Of a stretch of DNA of 64,000 nt, positions 47,201 through 59,823 are shown piece after piece. The stretch lies in the NCBI GenBank assembly GCA_964199315.1, contig OZ116705.1, forward strand, positions 6,758,001 to 6,822,000, given 5' to 3'. The position numbers were made by a program, and so were the translations under genes. Position 1 is the first letter of the stretch. Every line of letters starts with the position of its first letter. The notes beneath the pieces were generated by a model. It ran no database searches. It was not told where the DNA came from and saw only the letters and a program-made list of their open reading frames with translations. The DNA comes from Orbicella franksi (taxonomy: Eukaryota).

Positions 47201-50200
47201 TAACTAGAATGAGTAAGGACAGCACGATTTTGAAGTCTCTGTAATTTGTCGGATAATATTTTGGCACAATTACCCCAAACCACTACAATAGTCAAAGTGC
47301 GATTGAACTAACCCGTGATAGATATTGTGTAGAGTTGCAGGAGGAACACAGTGACTGACACTGCCACCCATGTAATACTCCTCTGAGTCAACAAAAGCAC
47401 TTTAATTTGTCCAACTGTACAACAGACTGTTTTCAATATTAACATTAAAATTCTGCAAGACCTACAGGACACAAACAAAGGAAATTGAATGAGCATGTTT
47501 ATTCATTTCTCTTCTTTGTGTCCTCCAGACCTCACCATGAGCTGAATGTTAACATATCAGAAGTGGCCTACACATGTACATGATCTATATAATACGCTGT
47601 AGTATTGTTTTTACATCAACAACATGATTACTTAATGTCATTTTATGTTATCTCACTTTAGATTCAGCGATTTAGCACTGCAGCTGTCTTATATGACGAA
47701 CTGGGATTCAAAAGAAAGGCAGGGTTTTTCACCAGAGTGGCTGCCGTGCAGTGTATTTCACAACAATTACCACATCCACTTTGGCTTTTGGTAAAGTTAA
47801 CCGCAATAAATTCTTGAATGTGAATTTTTCGGAAGTATTCAATAGGGCTGTATACTTGAACTAGACAGTGCAGCATGCTTGTGACACAGATTGTTCCATC
47901 TAAATCAGACAGTGATCGTTAATTAAAAGCTTAATCTTAAACTGAGATTTTGGCTGGACCGTGGGACTGTCTAAAACACGGGAAAGGGGAAGGGATTTCT
48001 TGGGGTTTATATGTACAGTAGCTTGCACCCCTCCTCTAGCTTTCAAAAGACATGTTAAGGTTCAGGCATACATGTATATCAAAATAGTTGTACCAGAAAA
48101 TACCTACACGATGTCCCTCCAGGGAAGGACTTTTGATTTGAACAAATCCCCACCCCACAGGAAATTCCAGTTTCAACATAGGTACCTTCCTTTAAAACTT
48201 TGCTTTCAAAACCCTGGACTCACTGTTGGAATTTCCTGCATTCGTGCTTGGGGTAAATATGGTTAATTATTTTCAGAACCACATTCAGCTAGTAGTTTAT
48301 CATAATGTAACTTCTGCTCTAAATTCTTCATCTTTCCACTCAGGATGTAGTATGGGTCGGTCATTTGAGTATGTCATAATGTTGTTTTCTCTTTGTACAG
48401 TCTTATAAATTCCTTATGAGTGCACTTGATGGCTACAGGATACATCTTGACCAAAAAGATGTTCCCCAAGGTACATTGTCATGACTAAAAAGCATACATC
48501 CTGTGGTTTGAATCTACATTATGTTTGAACTGTAAAACCATGAACCCCAGATCAGGAACTGTACTAGAAAACAAACTTGTGTTAAAATTTTCGTGAATTA
48601 AAAGCAAATTTAAACTACAACACCAGCACAGGGCTTAATTTTACAAAAGCTGGCTAACACTAACCCAGGATTAAAAGTTAACTGAAGTATTAATTTTGCT
48701 GTATGAAAATGCTTTTCACTGCTAATGTTATGTGTATGTTATGTTATCATGTAGTTTGAGATTATCCCAACTCAAGATCAAACAATATAAACTGACAAAC
48801 TTGCCGAACTGAGCAATGCAAACGTTTATAATTGAAAGTCTGCTTACTATGCATACAGTTAGTTACAGCTTTATTGAATGTTATGTTATTTTGAAAAATT
48901 TAAGTTTAACAAAGGAATTGATAATATGTTGTTTACAGATCTTCCGAATGGTTGGCCTGCTCTTCAAATAAGACTTCTAAATGAACTTATATACACTGCA
49001 CGTCGCTTAGGAGATCCTTCATTGGCAGTCAGGTATGATCTTCATGTGTTACTGCTATTGCAAGGGCTTATATGAAAAATTAGACTACCTTGAAGTCTAG
49101 CACTGTGGAATTTTAACTTAAATTGTGTGACATGATCAGTTTTTCCGAGTCCTGGATAAAGTGGTGATTATTATACTGTGAAAAGGTACAGAAAAATGTG
49201 ATGCTTCAATCTGGGTCATGTAGCAGGAAGCAATTACACTTGAGAAGTCTTGAAACTTGTAGAAACACTGAGTATGGAGAATTAACAAACTGACGTCAGT
49301 TTTTCATGCATCTGTCCTGTTATTGATCATGAATTTCATCATAACATTGTCAAAGTAGCTGCGGATCCATGAGGGGATAGCCAAGTGGAGCCGCAGACTA
49401 CTTTGACAATGTATCTATCTATCTATCTCAATAACAGGGCAGACGCATGAAAAACCGACGTCAATTTGTTTTTTACGATAACAAATTGTCAAATTGTCCA
49501 CTCTCACTTGTTGACGCATCCCATAACTTATAAATTCATGTGTCTGTCCACATATTGACAATGAAAATTAGCCAATGATCGTGCGAGAATTTCAGCAGTT
49601 ATCGTAAAATGAATCACTGTTGATGGTTAAGTTCAGGAGGTGCACACAGTGGTTAGCACATGTAGCTACATACATGTTCATTTATCCTGAAAGAGTTTAC
49701 ATCACACATACAGTGTATAACAACCTATTTAGTCACCCAGGAGGAGAGAGCTCTGCACAGGAAATTAGTACAAAAACTCTAGAACAGTCTTTTAGCCAGA
49801 TGGGTGTCCAGGCGTCCTGTGGACAGCCATTTTCTATAGAAAATTACTTATTTTTCATATGTTGCCTTATAAATTGCTCATTTGGGCAGGTCCTATAGCA
49901 CATTTTGGATGGCCACTTTTCAAATTCTGGCTAAAAGCCTGCTCTAGAATAAGGCCACCACATTTCCATATATCTGTCACGAGGCTGAGTGACCTTCTGA
50001 AAGAGGTTATACTTTCTGTTCTCTGTCTCCATTTCCTGCAGTTTCCTCAGTAGTCTGCCTGTCCAACGTATTTTTGTGTACATATTTTTGTGCCTTAGAA
50101 CTTTTCCTTACTCTTGTTTTCTATTCTATGTGCCGGATTGATTTTGCAGTAGCCCTTTGATGTTTGATGTTAATTGACACTGTATTTAAACAGCTTTTTT

Positions 50201-53200
50201 CATTGTTTTGTTTTTATATATTTTGGATGGACTAACACTTATGGTTCTAAAGTTCCTTTCTAGTTCTTCCCAGCTGCTTTCCTTCTGTTTATTTTATGAT
50301 ACATTTAATTTATTGCTCGTATGTTTTCTTATGGCTTATAATTTGTGTAGTGAAATGGATTGAATTAAATTAATAATATTCTTGCTAAGTGTGCCTTCCC
50401 ACCTGTACATTAAGCAACACCAGGTCTTTTTTCATATTAATTTACATGTGCTAGCTGTCTTAAAAAATTTCATGTTTTTTTTTCCTTGTCTTTCTTCAGG
50501 CATGTAATATTTCTACTACAAACCATGCATGATCATTTGAGTGACGATGAGAAGAAAGAGCTGTGTGCATTATTGGAAAGTTCTGCCAAACAGTGCACAG
50601 GGTCACCCAAGGAAACAGACAACAACAGGATGGACGTGCTGGACATGCCTATGATACCCCTTGCTAGAATGCCTCTTGTGAGGTACATAGTGTTAGGGAT
50701 CTTTTTCATATTTGTTTAGTGTTTTTTTTTTATCTTTTAGATATTAGCTGGTCACTCTTTCACATTTTTTCTACTTTGTACATGTGCAGACTGAAAAGTT
50801 GTGCAAGAAAGTCATAAAAGATTGTCTGTGTTTGAATGTTAAATGTTGAATGTTAATAGTGGTTGATGCACTTCTAAAGCTACAGCTGCCCATTTCTCAG
50901 GCATGCCACTTGAACTGAAAGAAAAAAATACTTCAAATAAAAATTCCAACTGGTGGGAGGCCAGCCAGTTGGCTATTTACAAGCATGACCGAGGAGTTGA
51001 ACTAGGGTCTAAGTTGAGAAACAACTCCTGTTACTGAAGTGGTCAGAGTGGGCCTTGAACCCATGACCTTGGAATTTTCAAGGCTGGCGCTCTAACCAGT
51101 TGATCATGCTTCCTCCCACTTGTTTGTATTCTAATGGGTTAGATTCACACTTGCAAACTATCAAGCTCTCCCAACACCTTCTAAACTGTGTTTGCGTGGG
51201 GTTATGAAAAGAACACACGCATGTGTTTTCTATTTGTTAAAAGATTATTATTTTCTTTGTCATAGATCATTCAAGGTCCATCCACTAGCTTCTCATCTGA
51301 AGCCCGTTGGAAAGAAGTCTTTGGCAGCATCAGACACAGCATCTACAGGACCATTCATATTTTCATCGCTCAGACGGAATGCAAAGGAAGTAAAGAAAAC
51401 TAAAAGTAAGACAAGAAGGTGTTAGTCTTGCTAGTCAGTGTAGAACACAGACTGCAGACTGCAGACGGCAGACTACAGATTACAGACGGCAGACTGCAGC
51501 CTGCAGCCTGCAGACTGGGGGGAAATGTAGACTGAGGGTAACATGCAGACTACAGATGTATACAGACTTTTTAAGTATACCTCATGTTATTTTCATTATC
51601 GGGCTAATCAGAGTGGACATCTGCACTTTGGTTATGCTGAATATCACTTCGGTTTATCTAAATATCACTCATGTTAGCCTAAATAACGCTCCCATTAGCC
51701 TGTTACGGTTACTGTTAGCTCTCAATGATGGAAACGGTAACATGATTCAGTTAAAAAGTCTGCAGTCTGCAGTATTTTTCTTGTATGTAAGTCACAAAAA
51801 TGTGAATTTAAGTAATGTTTGAAGGGTTCACAAATTCAGCTCTGCAAATACTTTTGTCACAAGCAAACTGCAGAAAAACATCCGAGGTCTTAAATACAAT
51901 GTAAGTAATGAGCTCTAGCTATACTTGTTATACGTTGAGTGTTTATTTGTTTGTCTGTTTGTTTGTTCACATTTGTTGCTTCAAGCTGCAAAATCAAACT
52001 ATTAATATTTTTTGTGCAGATATAACATGGGTTTGTGGAGACCTTGGGCAGGTCTCATTGGATGTTTATAATCCCATGCCATTTGAACTCAAAGTCTCTA
52101 AAATGGTAAGAGCTGGCTACTGGTTTTACACACAGATATTGTTGCAACAGCCTTTGTTCTTCTTTTTTGTATTTTGCATTAATTACTGTTTTTACCTCGG
52201 TAGCTATCTTCCAGATCTAAATTTAAATCTAAATATTATTACGTCGGCAACATCCAGAGGACATCACGCCAACTCTGAAACTTTAAAATGATAATAAAAA
52301 CCAAAACTACATATAAAACTACTAAAAATTGCAATTAAAAATAACCTAACAAAGTTTAATCAAAAAAAAAAGAGAGAGAGAGATTGAATGGTAACAGTTT
52401 CTCTCGGGAGTTTGTTCCATTCAGCTATTGTCCTTGGAAAGAAAGAAAATCTAAAATATCCTTGTGTCCTCTCGGTACAATGAACTTAAAGTCATGGCTT
52501 CCCCGCGTTCTCTCTTCGTTATTTGGAATCAAACGATCCTCCCATTTCCCGTCTAAGAAACCATGGCACATCTTATACAGAACGGACAGCCTTGTGTGTT
52601 TTCCCAATGTTTCAAGTTTATTCAACTGTAAAGCAAAATAGAGTTGAAAAAGTTCATTTTTAAGTTTCAATGTTTTTAAACAGAGCCAAGCATCAGTCTA
52701 TCGCATGACAAATACGCTACAAGTTGCTACTTGTACATAAGCTTTTTCTTGACTAATCCGTTTACATGTCATTGATCCACTTTTCTCGCAGATTCTTTGT
52801 GTCGAGGGCGTTGAATTTGAGCCTTTCCCGACAGGTCTGTCTCTTCCTCCAAAGGCAGGTCCTCATACAGTCATTCTACTGGGAATTCCACACTCTGTAG
52901 GGCAGCTGAGAATTACTGGTTAGTGTTAAATTAGCCTGCGAACAGGCTCCCGGCGAGCTCCCATCGCTTCGCTCTTCGAATTCTTCAGTTTCGCGCTCGT
53001 CCGCTCGCTTCGCTTGCCGAATGTTTTTTCCGTCCACGCCGGGAGCCTATTTACAGGCTAATGTTACCTCAACTTACATGTACAGCAGAAGTAATGAGGT
53101 ACAGGACTGAGTGACGGGTTGACACTTGTCTTATTACTATTAATAGTAACTTGACCACTTGTCTTGGCGAGAAATTTGCCCACTGGTATAAATTATTTGA

Positions 53201-53344
53201 GACAACAAAGTATTTTATGCAAGTGAATATATGAAAGATCATATATTTGAGCTGCGGAGACAGATATCAAGATATGATTGATTATCTTAGTTATACACAC
53301 AACTTAAACAGCTGTGAAATTAAAGCCTGCAAAAAATTCAGGCT

Positions 53345-53376
<32 letters not shown>

Positions 53377-56300
53377 ACCGGTGCAGTGCTTTACGATGCT
53401 CTACCAACTGAGCTATCAAGCCAACTGGGAGCTTGTTACGTTGTGAGTTCGTAATATACCTGTAGATGGTGAAGAATACAAGTGAATGTATGAAAAATCA
53501 TCTGTTTATCTTTCCTTGGGCAAGCGAACATGCCATCAGCACTGAGCTAAGTTAAGTTAACTCAGATTCGCACACAGCTAGTAAAGCTAACGTCTTCCTC
53601 GGGGCTAAGTAACTGAGTGCTAACATTCGAAATGACAGCTTCACAAACTCCGTACGGTGGTTAACTTCAAGTGGATAAATAAAGTCTTCGGCAAACTTCG
53701 GAAATTTTTCGAAAATGTTCGGATAAGTTCGTGTGACCTTCAAATTTTTTCTAGACTCTTCGGAAATCTCTGGAAAGGCTAAGTGAGTCAGTTGCCCGCC
53801 GACGCAGTCCAACATTTTCTTTAGAAACTAACACACACGTACTAATTTGAACAACTTCAGTTCTATATTGCGCTTTTCTACAAGAACACAGTACATGTAT
53901 GAATGTATATTGAGAATCAAGTCTTATTGCTCCCTTATTAATTGAGTTATTTTCACGGGCAGGTTACACAGTGACTGTGTTCGGAGTAGAAAGCAACTGC
54001 AAGCTTACACAAGAAAACCTGGAGAATAAAGAGGACTTTCCGGTGATTGTGGATGTGGTCCCTTCAATGCCCCTCCTCCAGGTGTCCACGTCTCTGCCTA
54101 AGGTCCGTTCTCAGCCTCCAGATCCCGACACCCCTCGATCTGCGCCCCTGGTCACGGCCGTCACGCTTTATGCTGGTCAGAGGTAAGAACATACTAACTT
54201 ACAGCATAGTGAGCTGTAGTGAGAAGACAGCGCGGGTTTTGTTCTGTATTGTTGACAATGACTTTTCCTTTTAATTCGATTAATATTTATTTAACTGAGT
54301 TCCAGATGCTGAGCAACGTGTTTTCTTGATGTTTCAAGATTGTTTCATGTATTTTTTTTTTTTTCCGTTTTCTTCTTCAAAACAGCAAGAAAGGAAAAAT
54401 CACCCTGGAGAACATTAGCAAGTTGCCGGTTGACAATCTAAATATCTCTGTCAGCAGTAAGGATGGGAAGGGTAAGTCGTTTTTTTGCTGTAGAGATAAG
54501 GATGGGGACAGTGAGTAGTTTTTTTACCATTCAAAACTAGTAAGAGTGGAGAGGGTAAATCATCATTTTACAATACTGTTAACGATGGGAGGATAATTCA
54601 TTTTTGCTATTCAAGATTGGCTCGGGTATGTCATCTTGATGAAAATGAATGTAAATATGCTGAGTACTGAAAAGATGTGTTCCAATTCGAGTTTAGTTTC
54701 TATTCTTCTTCCAAGGAGCCGAAGAACTCTTCAGTTTTGACGAAGAAGAAATCAAATCCAAACTACCAGTCCTTCCCGGTGACTCCACCGAAATCACGGT
54801 CACAATAACGGGCACACATCACTTCCCACAAGGCACCGAGAGCAGCGAGAATCTCAGTTACGACCCCGAGGCACCCTGGGGTTTGACTGGTGCGATTCAA
54901 CTCCGCTACTCAACAGGAGAGTCCAGTAGCCACACGTGTCGGAAAGCCACCATGTCTATTGACGTCACAGTCGTCCCTAGCTTGCTCTGTGAAAACTTTC
55001 AGATCATTGAACTTCCTAGGTGGGCTCAGTTTCTTTGTCAAAGTAGGTGTAAGCTCGTCTGAAAATTAGGGATTTTCTATATTCGGTGCTCTGTAACAAA
55101 TTAAGAACCTAGTTTGACCGTTTCTTTAATTCTAATTCTCTTTTTCCACGCAAGCTCTGACTGTCCGTATTTGGACAACTACAGTAGACTACTTTGAAAG
55201 ACTGAAAAACGGAACTTCTTCCGTCACAGTATCTCTTCGTTCCTCAAATTTCGACTGGTGCAATTTTTCGCCACATTAAACTATTGAATTGCACATTATT
55301 TAAGATCGAAAACAGAAAAATGAACTTGCCATACTGTATCATTCTTGGTTTTGTAATCGCGCGCAAAAACAAATATTTGTAACGCAAGCGACAGCAATCT
55401 AATTTGACACAACGTTACGTGACCCACATAAAGGATTTTTTTCCGTTACTAAGTTATCACGCAACGTTCTTTAGTCAGCTCAGTGTTACCTGAATCAAGT
55501 AACGGCTATCCAGAAGACTAACAGCAACCGTTTTCGTTGTTCGCAGTGACAGATCACATTGTTTACTGATGTTCGATGCCGTAAACAAGACGTCGAATGA
55601 CATGGAGTTCTCGTCCTCTGTGCTGAATGGGAATCAAGCAAATTGTGGTAAGAATTTGAAGTAAAAGTTCATGGAATTGTCCACTTCCCTTACCACTCGA
55701 GTTGGCGATACAGCTACTAAAGGCAGACTATGTATATTTCAACTTTACTATGTAAACTACAGTCATGCAGCAAGTGTCGTTTTTGTAAATCTTCACTGAA
55801 GCACTCGGGAAATTTCCGATTGATATTATCCAATGAAAAACAAGCAAAGCAGGACTATCGAGTACTCCGAACATTGTCACGCCAGTATGACGCATCGAAA
55901 TATGTGATGTTTCTAAGGCCCTGTCCACATGTATCCGGATATCCTTGAATCCACAACTTTTTCTTTCCGGATTCAAAAATTTCCCCGTTCACACGTAGCG
56001 TATTCAAATCGAATTCGCCTGTCCACACGTATCCGATGGTATCCGGTTTCACTCTAGAGAAACTGGGCCTACACGTTGTGCCGCCATATTGGTTTATTGT
56101 TCGGTAAGAGACTGGACACAATTTTGCTACATCATCGGATTTGAAATTATCCGGATTCACAGTCCACACGTTATCGGATTCGTTGCGGATTTATTTTTTT
56201 CCACTCTGGAGAGAGGATTCAAAAATGTCCGGATTCGCTGCCGAATTCGCCTGATGCGTGTGGACGGAAGCCGTATCCCGAAAGAAAAAGTTGCGGATTC

Positions 56301-59300
56301 AAAAATATCCGGATACATGTGGACGGGGCCTAAGCAACCACGGAGGCGAAAACGAGAGTTTGCTTTTAACAGGTTTTTCTTATTCCTCAGACTTATGTCT
56401 TGCTAATTATTGTTTTGTTATTCCTCCGCACAGATGATGAGGTGTTCACGGATGCGGTTATGAACATCCAAGGAAATGACAAGAATAGGTAAAAAATATC
56501 ATCTCAGACTTCGTAATGTAATTTCGCAAATGTTTTCTTATTTTGGTTTTTACTACTATGAACTTAAACTATTTTATTTTAATAGAAATAAGTGTGAGTG
56601 ATTGAACATATGGGTAAATCAAGTTGCTCATTTACGATTAAGGAAGTGAATAACAGAGATTTCCAAATGGTCTGCCATGGAAGAACAAAACTGTACTTGT
56701 TTGTTAGTTTTGTTTTTTGGTCCTTCTTCTAAAACAGTTTTCTTTACTTATTGCTGTGGCTTTCTCTTTTTCTTCTTTTTTGCTCTAGGGTAACAATAAA
56801 TTTGCCAAGATTTGCTTTGCCAGTCTCCGACAAACCTAGTCAGCAGGTAAGGGTTTGGTGCAAACGTAGAAGTTTGGTTTGTAGTCTCCCTAGCACGCGC
56901 TATGATTGACATTTTTGTTTCAATTGTTTTTGTTGTGTTTTGTTTTGTTTTTTGTTTTTGTTTTTTATGTCGTTGTCGTTGTTTTAGGTTCATAGCGACT
57001 CCCAGAGAAGAGCTGAATACAAGAAATTCGTGTGTGACGTGGTTAAACTTCAATGGAATCTTGTATCCTTTTCCTGGAAATGATAATTCTGCGACAGTAT
57101 CACGTGGGAATTAGGCCCGTGGGGTTTCAAATCAATTCTGAGCTGAGGAAACCAAACGTGGAAATAATAAGAAAAAGAAGTTGACATCGGAAGTTGACAT
57201 GTAAAAGTCACTACAACATGTACGATTAAGGTAACTGCTGACCGTTTCCGTGTGCTTATATATTCCGCTTAGGGAATTTCTCGCACATTAAAGATAAAGA
57301 TTGAGCTTTAGATTAAGGTAGATTGAGGCCGCCTAGTCAGGTAAGGCAAGTCTCCTGTGTAGAAGGTTAAAGGGTAGCTTATGCAGGTCAGCCTATATCT
57401 AAGAAACAGATCGCCAATTGTTTTATTAAACATGGGTTATTGACCAATCTTGTTCGGTTGCGATGGCTGGATATTAGCCTCGTTCTTTCCTTGAGATGCA
57501 GATAGCTCATCTTGCCCGTTGGGGTAGCCAATCACAGCGCAATATTTGGTCCATCTGACCCGCGCGGGGAGCCAGCCATAAGATAACAGAAATTAACGCC
57601 GGTCTTTCTGAACCCATCTACACTTCCAGCAGCCGCTTTTTCAGTACTTTTTTCTGTTGTTGTTGTTGTTGTTGTTGGACCTAAACTTTCTCACAGCCAG
57701 CTTGCCAAGCTTCAGGCTTTGCTTATGTGGACAACTTGAAGCTTGACGTAGACATGATGAGGGTTTTAAAGCAGGATCCCATCACTTTTGGTGCGTATTG
57801 AGATAACATCTTACACGTGACTGTATTGAACCACCAGAAAACCGAGCTTTCACAGCGGATACACAAAACTAGCATACCCTGACGCTGTAAGGAGCTGTCT
57901 GGGTCTGTCTACATCTGCTTATATTGCTGAAGCTTATGCATCCGCGCTTGTTGAAGCCAGCGTCGTAGGAGCTCAGTCACGGCATTTGGAGTTATTTTGG
58001 CCACGTGCAAAGTTACATTTAAATTGAAGGAAACCTGAAAGTAGTAGTTTACTAAGATAGAAAAACATCAAAGAGACAACAATAAACCATGAAGGAACAG
58101 CGGAGAAGGATGGAGAAGATTACAAGCGACGACCTTGGAAAATATAGGCCAAGTTTTCAAGATGTACAAACCGTGACGTGGGCTGGGTTTTGACTCCTTG
58201 CTCTTTCGTTTCACACCTCGCTACAGTACTTGTCTCAATTTCCCTAATCTGCAAACAATAAACAATCTTGCTTTGTGTGGAGAACTTAAACTAACAGCTA
58301 ATTTACTCCATGGACTGATTTGTAGAATCTGTTTCAGTGTGACAGGTTATTACAACTGAATCGGGCCAATTTTTACACCTGCGTTCACTTTTTATCAAAT
58401 TTAAGCTCTGGTGTGCAAACTGGGCCTAAGACGGTACATTTCCATTTTGAAATTTCACACGCATGCGTAGTAGTTAAATCATGCCACAAGTGTTAGACTT
58501 AATAAAAGATATCGGTATAAATATTCTAAGAAACTAAATCGAACGTCGGCTTCCCTTCGCTGAGGGTCAAGCGCATTTAAATCTATTCTAACAATCGAAA
58601 GGTTGTTGCGTTGGGTTGCTATATAACGACATGACCTTTGAAAGGCAGTCTCCTCTTTTTCAATTATGACTGTAAGGTAGATTGATCTTGGCCGCCTTTA
58701 AAACTGAGCGAAAATCTGTTCACTGCAAGCAGCCCCTACATGCAATTACAAACCAAGAAAAAACGAGCGAGAATTAAAAAAATCACTCCACGCTCAACGA
58801 TTTACGAGTCGAAGCAGAGCTTTCGCTAAATCTAAACAATCTGATGTGATCTAAACTTTTCGTTAAAAGGTATCAAGATTAACGGCGAGGAATACAACAA
58901 CACTGCTTCGAGCTTGGTCACGATTTCACTCTGCACAATTGTGGATGTCAATATTGAAGTATCTAATCAAAGTGGTGAGTTGTGATGTGGCAAACTGAGT
59001 GTAGTAAGAGGGGAAGAAGGGTGAGAGAGTTAATCCCCCCTAAAAATCTTTGACAATACTAAGTAACTGGTAATCCTCGAACGCAAAACTTTGTGAAATA
59101 TCTAGGAATTTTAATCGACAAGAATATTTCCTGGAAGTATCACATTAATTACATCTCATCAAGTAATGAATCAAATCCTTGTTGTGTTTCGTTACCAGAT
59201 GAACCTCATGGTCCCTTGTTATTGACTGTTGAACCGTACCAGGACCAGGCCTCTGGGTCCCCAGTGACCGAGCTGGATGGAAAAGTGACCTGGGTTGGAA

Positions 59301-59823
59301 CGCTGCAACTCGACACACCTGAGGTACAGTTTTTATGTGCGTTCCTTGGTGTACCGCTGGAGTAAACATGGCAGCCGGAAATGTCGTTCACAAAAACGTT
59401 AAGAAGTTAAGAGAAACTGGTTTCGAAACGTCTTAGCAAAGAGATGCAACAAAACAATTTATCAAAATAGACATTTTTACCATGTAGCTAATGTTTTTCA
59501 GTTTTCGAATTTGATGGTATGACGTAGAAAGACCAATAGTTTCTTTTATTTCCCTTCCTTCTCTCTAGTTATCACCCGGGAAGTCGTTCTACCACTCTTG
59601 TTCTCTGGTATTTTTGTATGCTGGACAATTTATGATATCCATTTCTTGTGCGGAGTCTGGCTCGGAAGAAAGTGTAACTTCTAACGAAGACGCTGCATCG
59701 GGGTCAACAGGAAGAACGCAAAGTTTAGAAAGTACAAGGACAAATTCAAAGGGAGATGATCCCGGCAATTGCGTGAAGAGATCATGGACGTACTCGCCGC
59801 CGATCATTATTAATGTGGTTTAA
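43314..59823 (+). CDS. TRAPPC9: Trafficking protein particle complex subunit 9 (TRAPPC9/NIBP/Trs120), 22 exons, 1132 aa
   Basis: Exons 43314-43891, 45054-45426, 45773-45841, 45931-46002, 47662-47790, 48401-48470, 48939-49032, 50500-50682, 51266-51405, 52020-52105, 52792-52918, 53963-54182, 54386-54471, 54716-55019, 55547-55647, 56434-56488, 56789-56846, 56988-57062, 57697-57790, 58870-58974, 59199-59323, 59569-59823 (3399 nt, all phases consistent). Motifs recognised from TRAPPC9: DH..LILVQPVG, EWGNFHFHKRVLGLI, GDLCMLAG, WLAGALEG, GFKRKAGFF.RVAA, GWPALQIRLLNEL, VYNPMPFEL. Confidence 0.95.
43915..44290. repeat. Microsatellite and minisatellite cluster flanking an assembly gap
   Basis: (GACT)n/(GTCT)n left of the gap. 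Right of it, (GATT)n with three copies of gattgtcaagtgattcacc. Confidence 0.8.
44008..44149. other. Assembly gap (142 N)
   Basis: Run of N in TRAPPC9 intron 1. Confidence 0.99.
46695..47310 (-). mobile_element. 3' fragment of an L2/CR1-like LINE in a TRAPPC9 intron
   Basis: ORF 46858-47295: VWGNC.K.LSDKLQRLQNRA...LGWDN...GYSGAVLWNSL. An aataaa followed by a (gat)n tail on the minus strand lies near 46700. Confidence 0.8.
50935..51115 (-). mobile_element. Degenerate SINE-like repeat (second family)
   Basis: Reverse strand shows a tRNA-like head (…ctggttagagcgccagccttgaaa…gggttcaaggccc). Confidence 0.45.
51437..51775. repeat. Element with (CAGACTG)n subterminal tandem repeats in inverted orientation
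   Basis: cagactgcagactgcagacggcagactacag... at the left end and gtctgcagtctgcagt at the right end. Confidence 0.55.
52330..52680 (-). mobile_element. LINE 3' fragment
   Basis: ORF 52425-52670: LETLGKHTRLSVLYKMCHG...RTRGSHDFKF, resembling LINE ORF2 C-terminal sequence. Confidence 0.55.
52932..53060. mobile_element. Short MITE (TAGCCTG...CAGGCTA termini)
   Basis: tagcctgcgaacaggctccc versus gggagcctatttacaggcta. Same terminal heptamer as the element at 37649-37934; no clean TSD. Confidence 0.6.
53215..53510 (-). repeat. tRNA-derived repeat unit
   Basis: tRNA-like core at 53341-53422 carries a 10-nt insertion. The unit is bracketed by a direct repeat (aagtgaatatatgaaagatcat at ~53220 and aagtgaatgtatgaaaaatcat at ~53480). 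Confidence 0.7.
55917..56330. mobile_element. PIF/Harbinger-like MITE, 414 bp, TAA target duplication
   Basis: TIRs GGCCCTGTCCACATGTATCCGGATAT and ATATCCGGATACATGTGGACGGGGCC. TAA at 55914-55916 and 56331-56333. Confidence 0.8.
57063..57696 (+). other. U12-type (minor spliceosome) intron in TRAPPC9
   Basis: 5' site GTATCCTTT. Branch-point-like CCTAAAC at 57680-57686, about 10 nt before the AG. Confidence 0.75.
59030..59160 (+). mobile_element. Small reverse-transcriptase remnant in a TRAPPC9 intron
   Basis: VKYLGILIDKNISWKYHINYIS matches the KYLG..ID..L.W..HI motif of non-LTR reverse transcriptases. Confidence 0.6.

Noticed and set aside
53341-53422. Functional tRNA gene on the minus strand
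   Set aside because: A 10-nt insertion follows the D arm and U33 is absent. Same repeat family as 14037-14103.
55728-56406. Cluster of short ORFs on both strands
   Set aside because: They fall within the Harbinger-like MITE and its flanks and have no protein motif.
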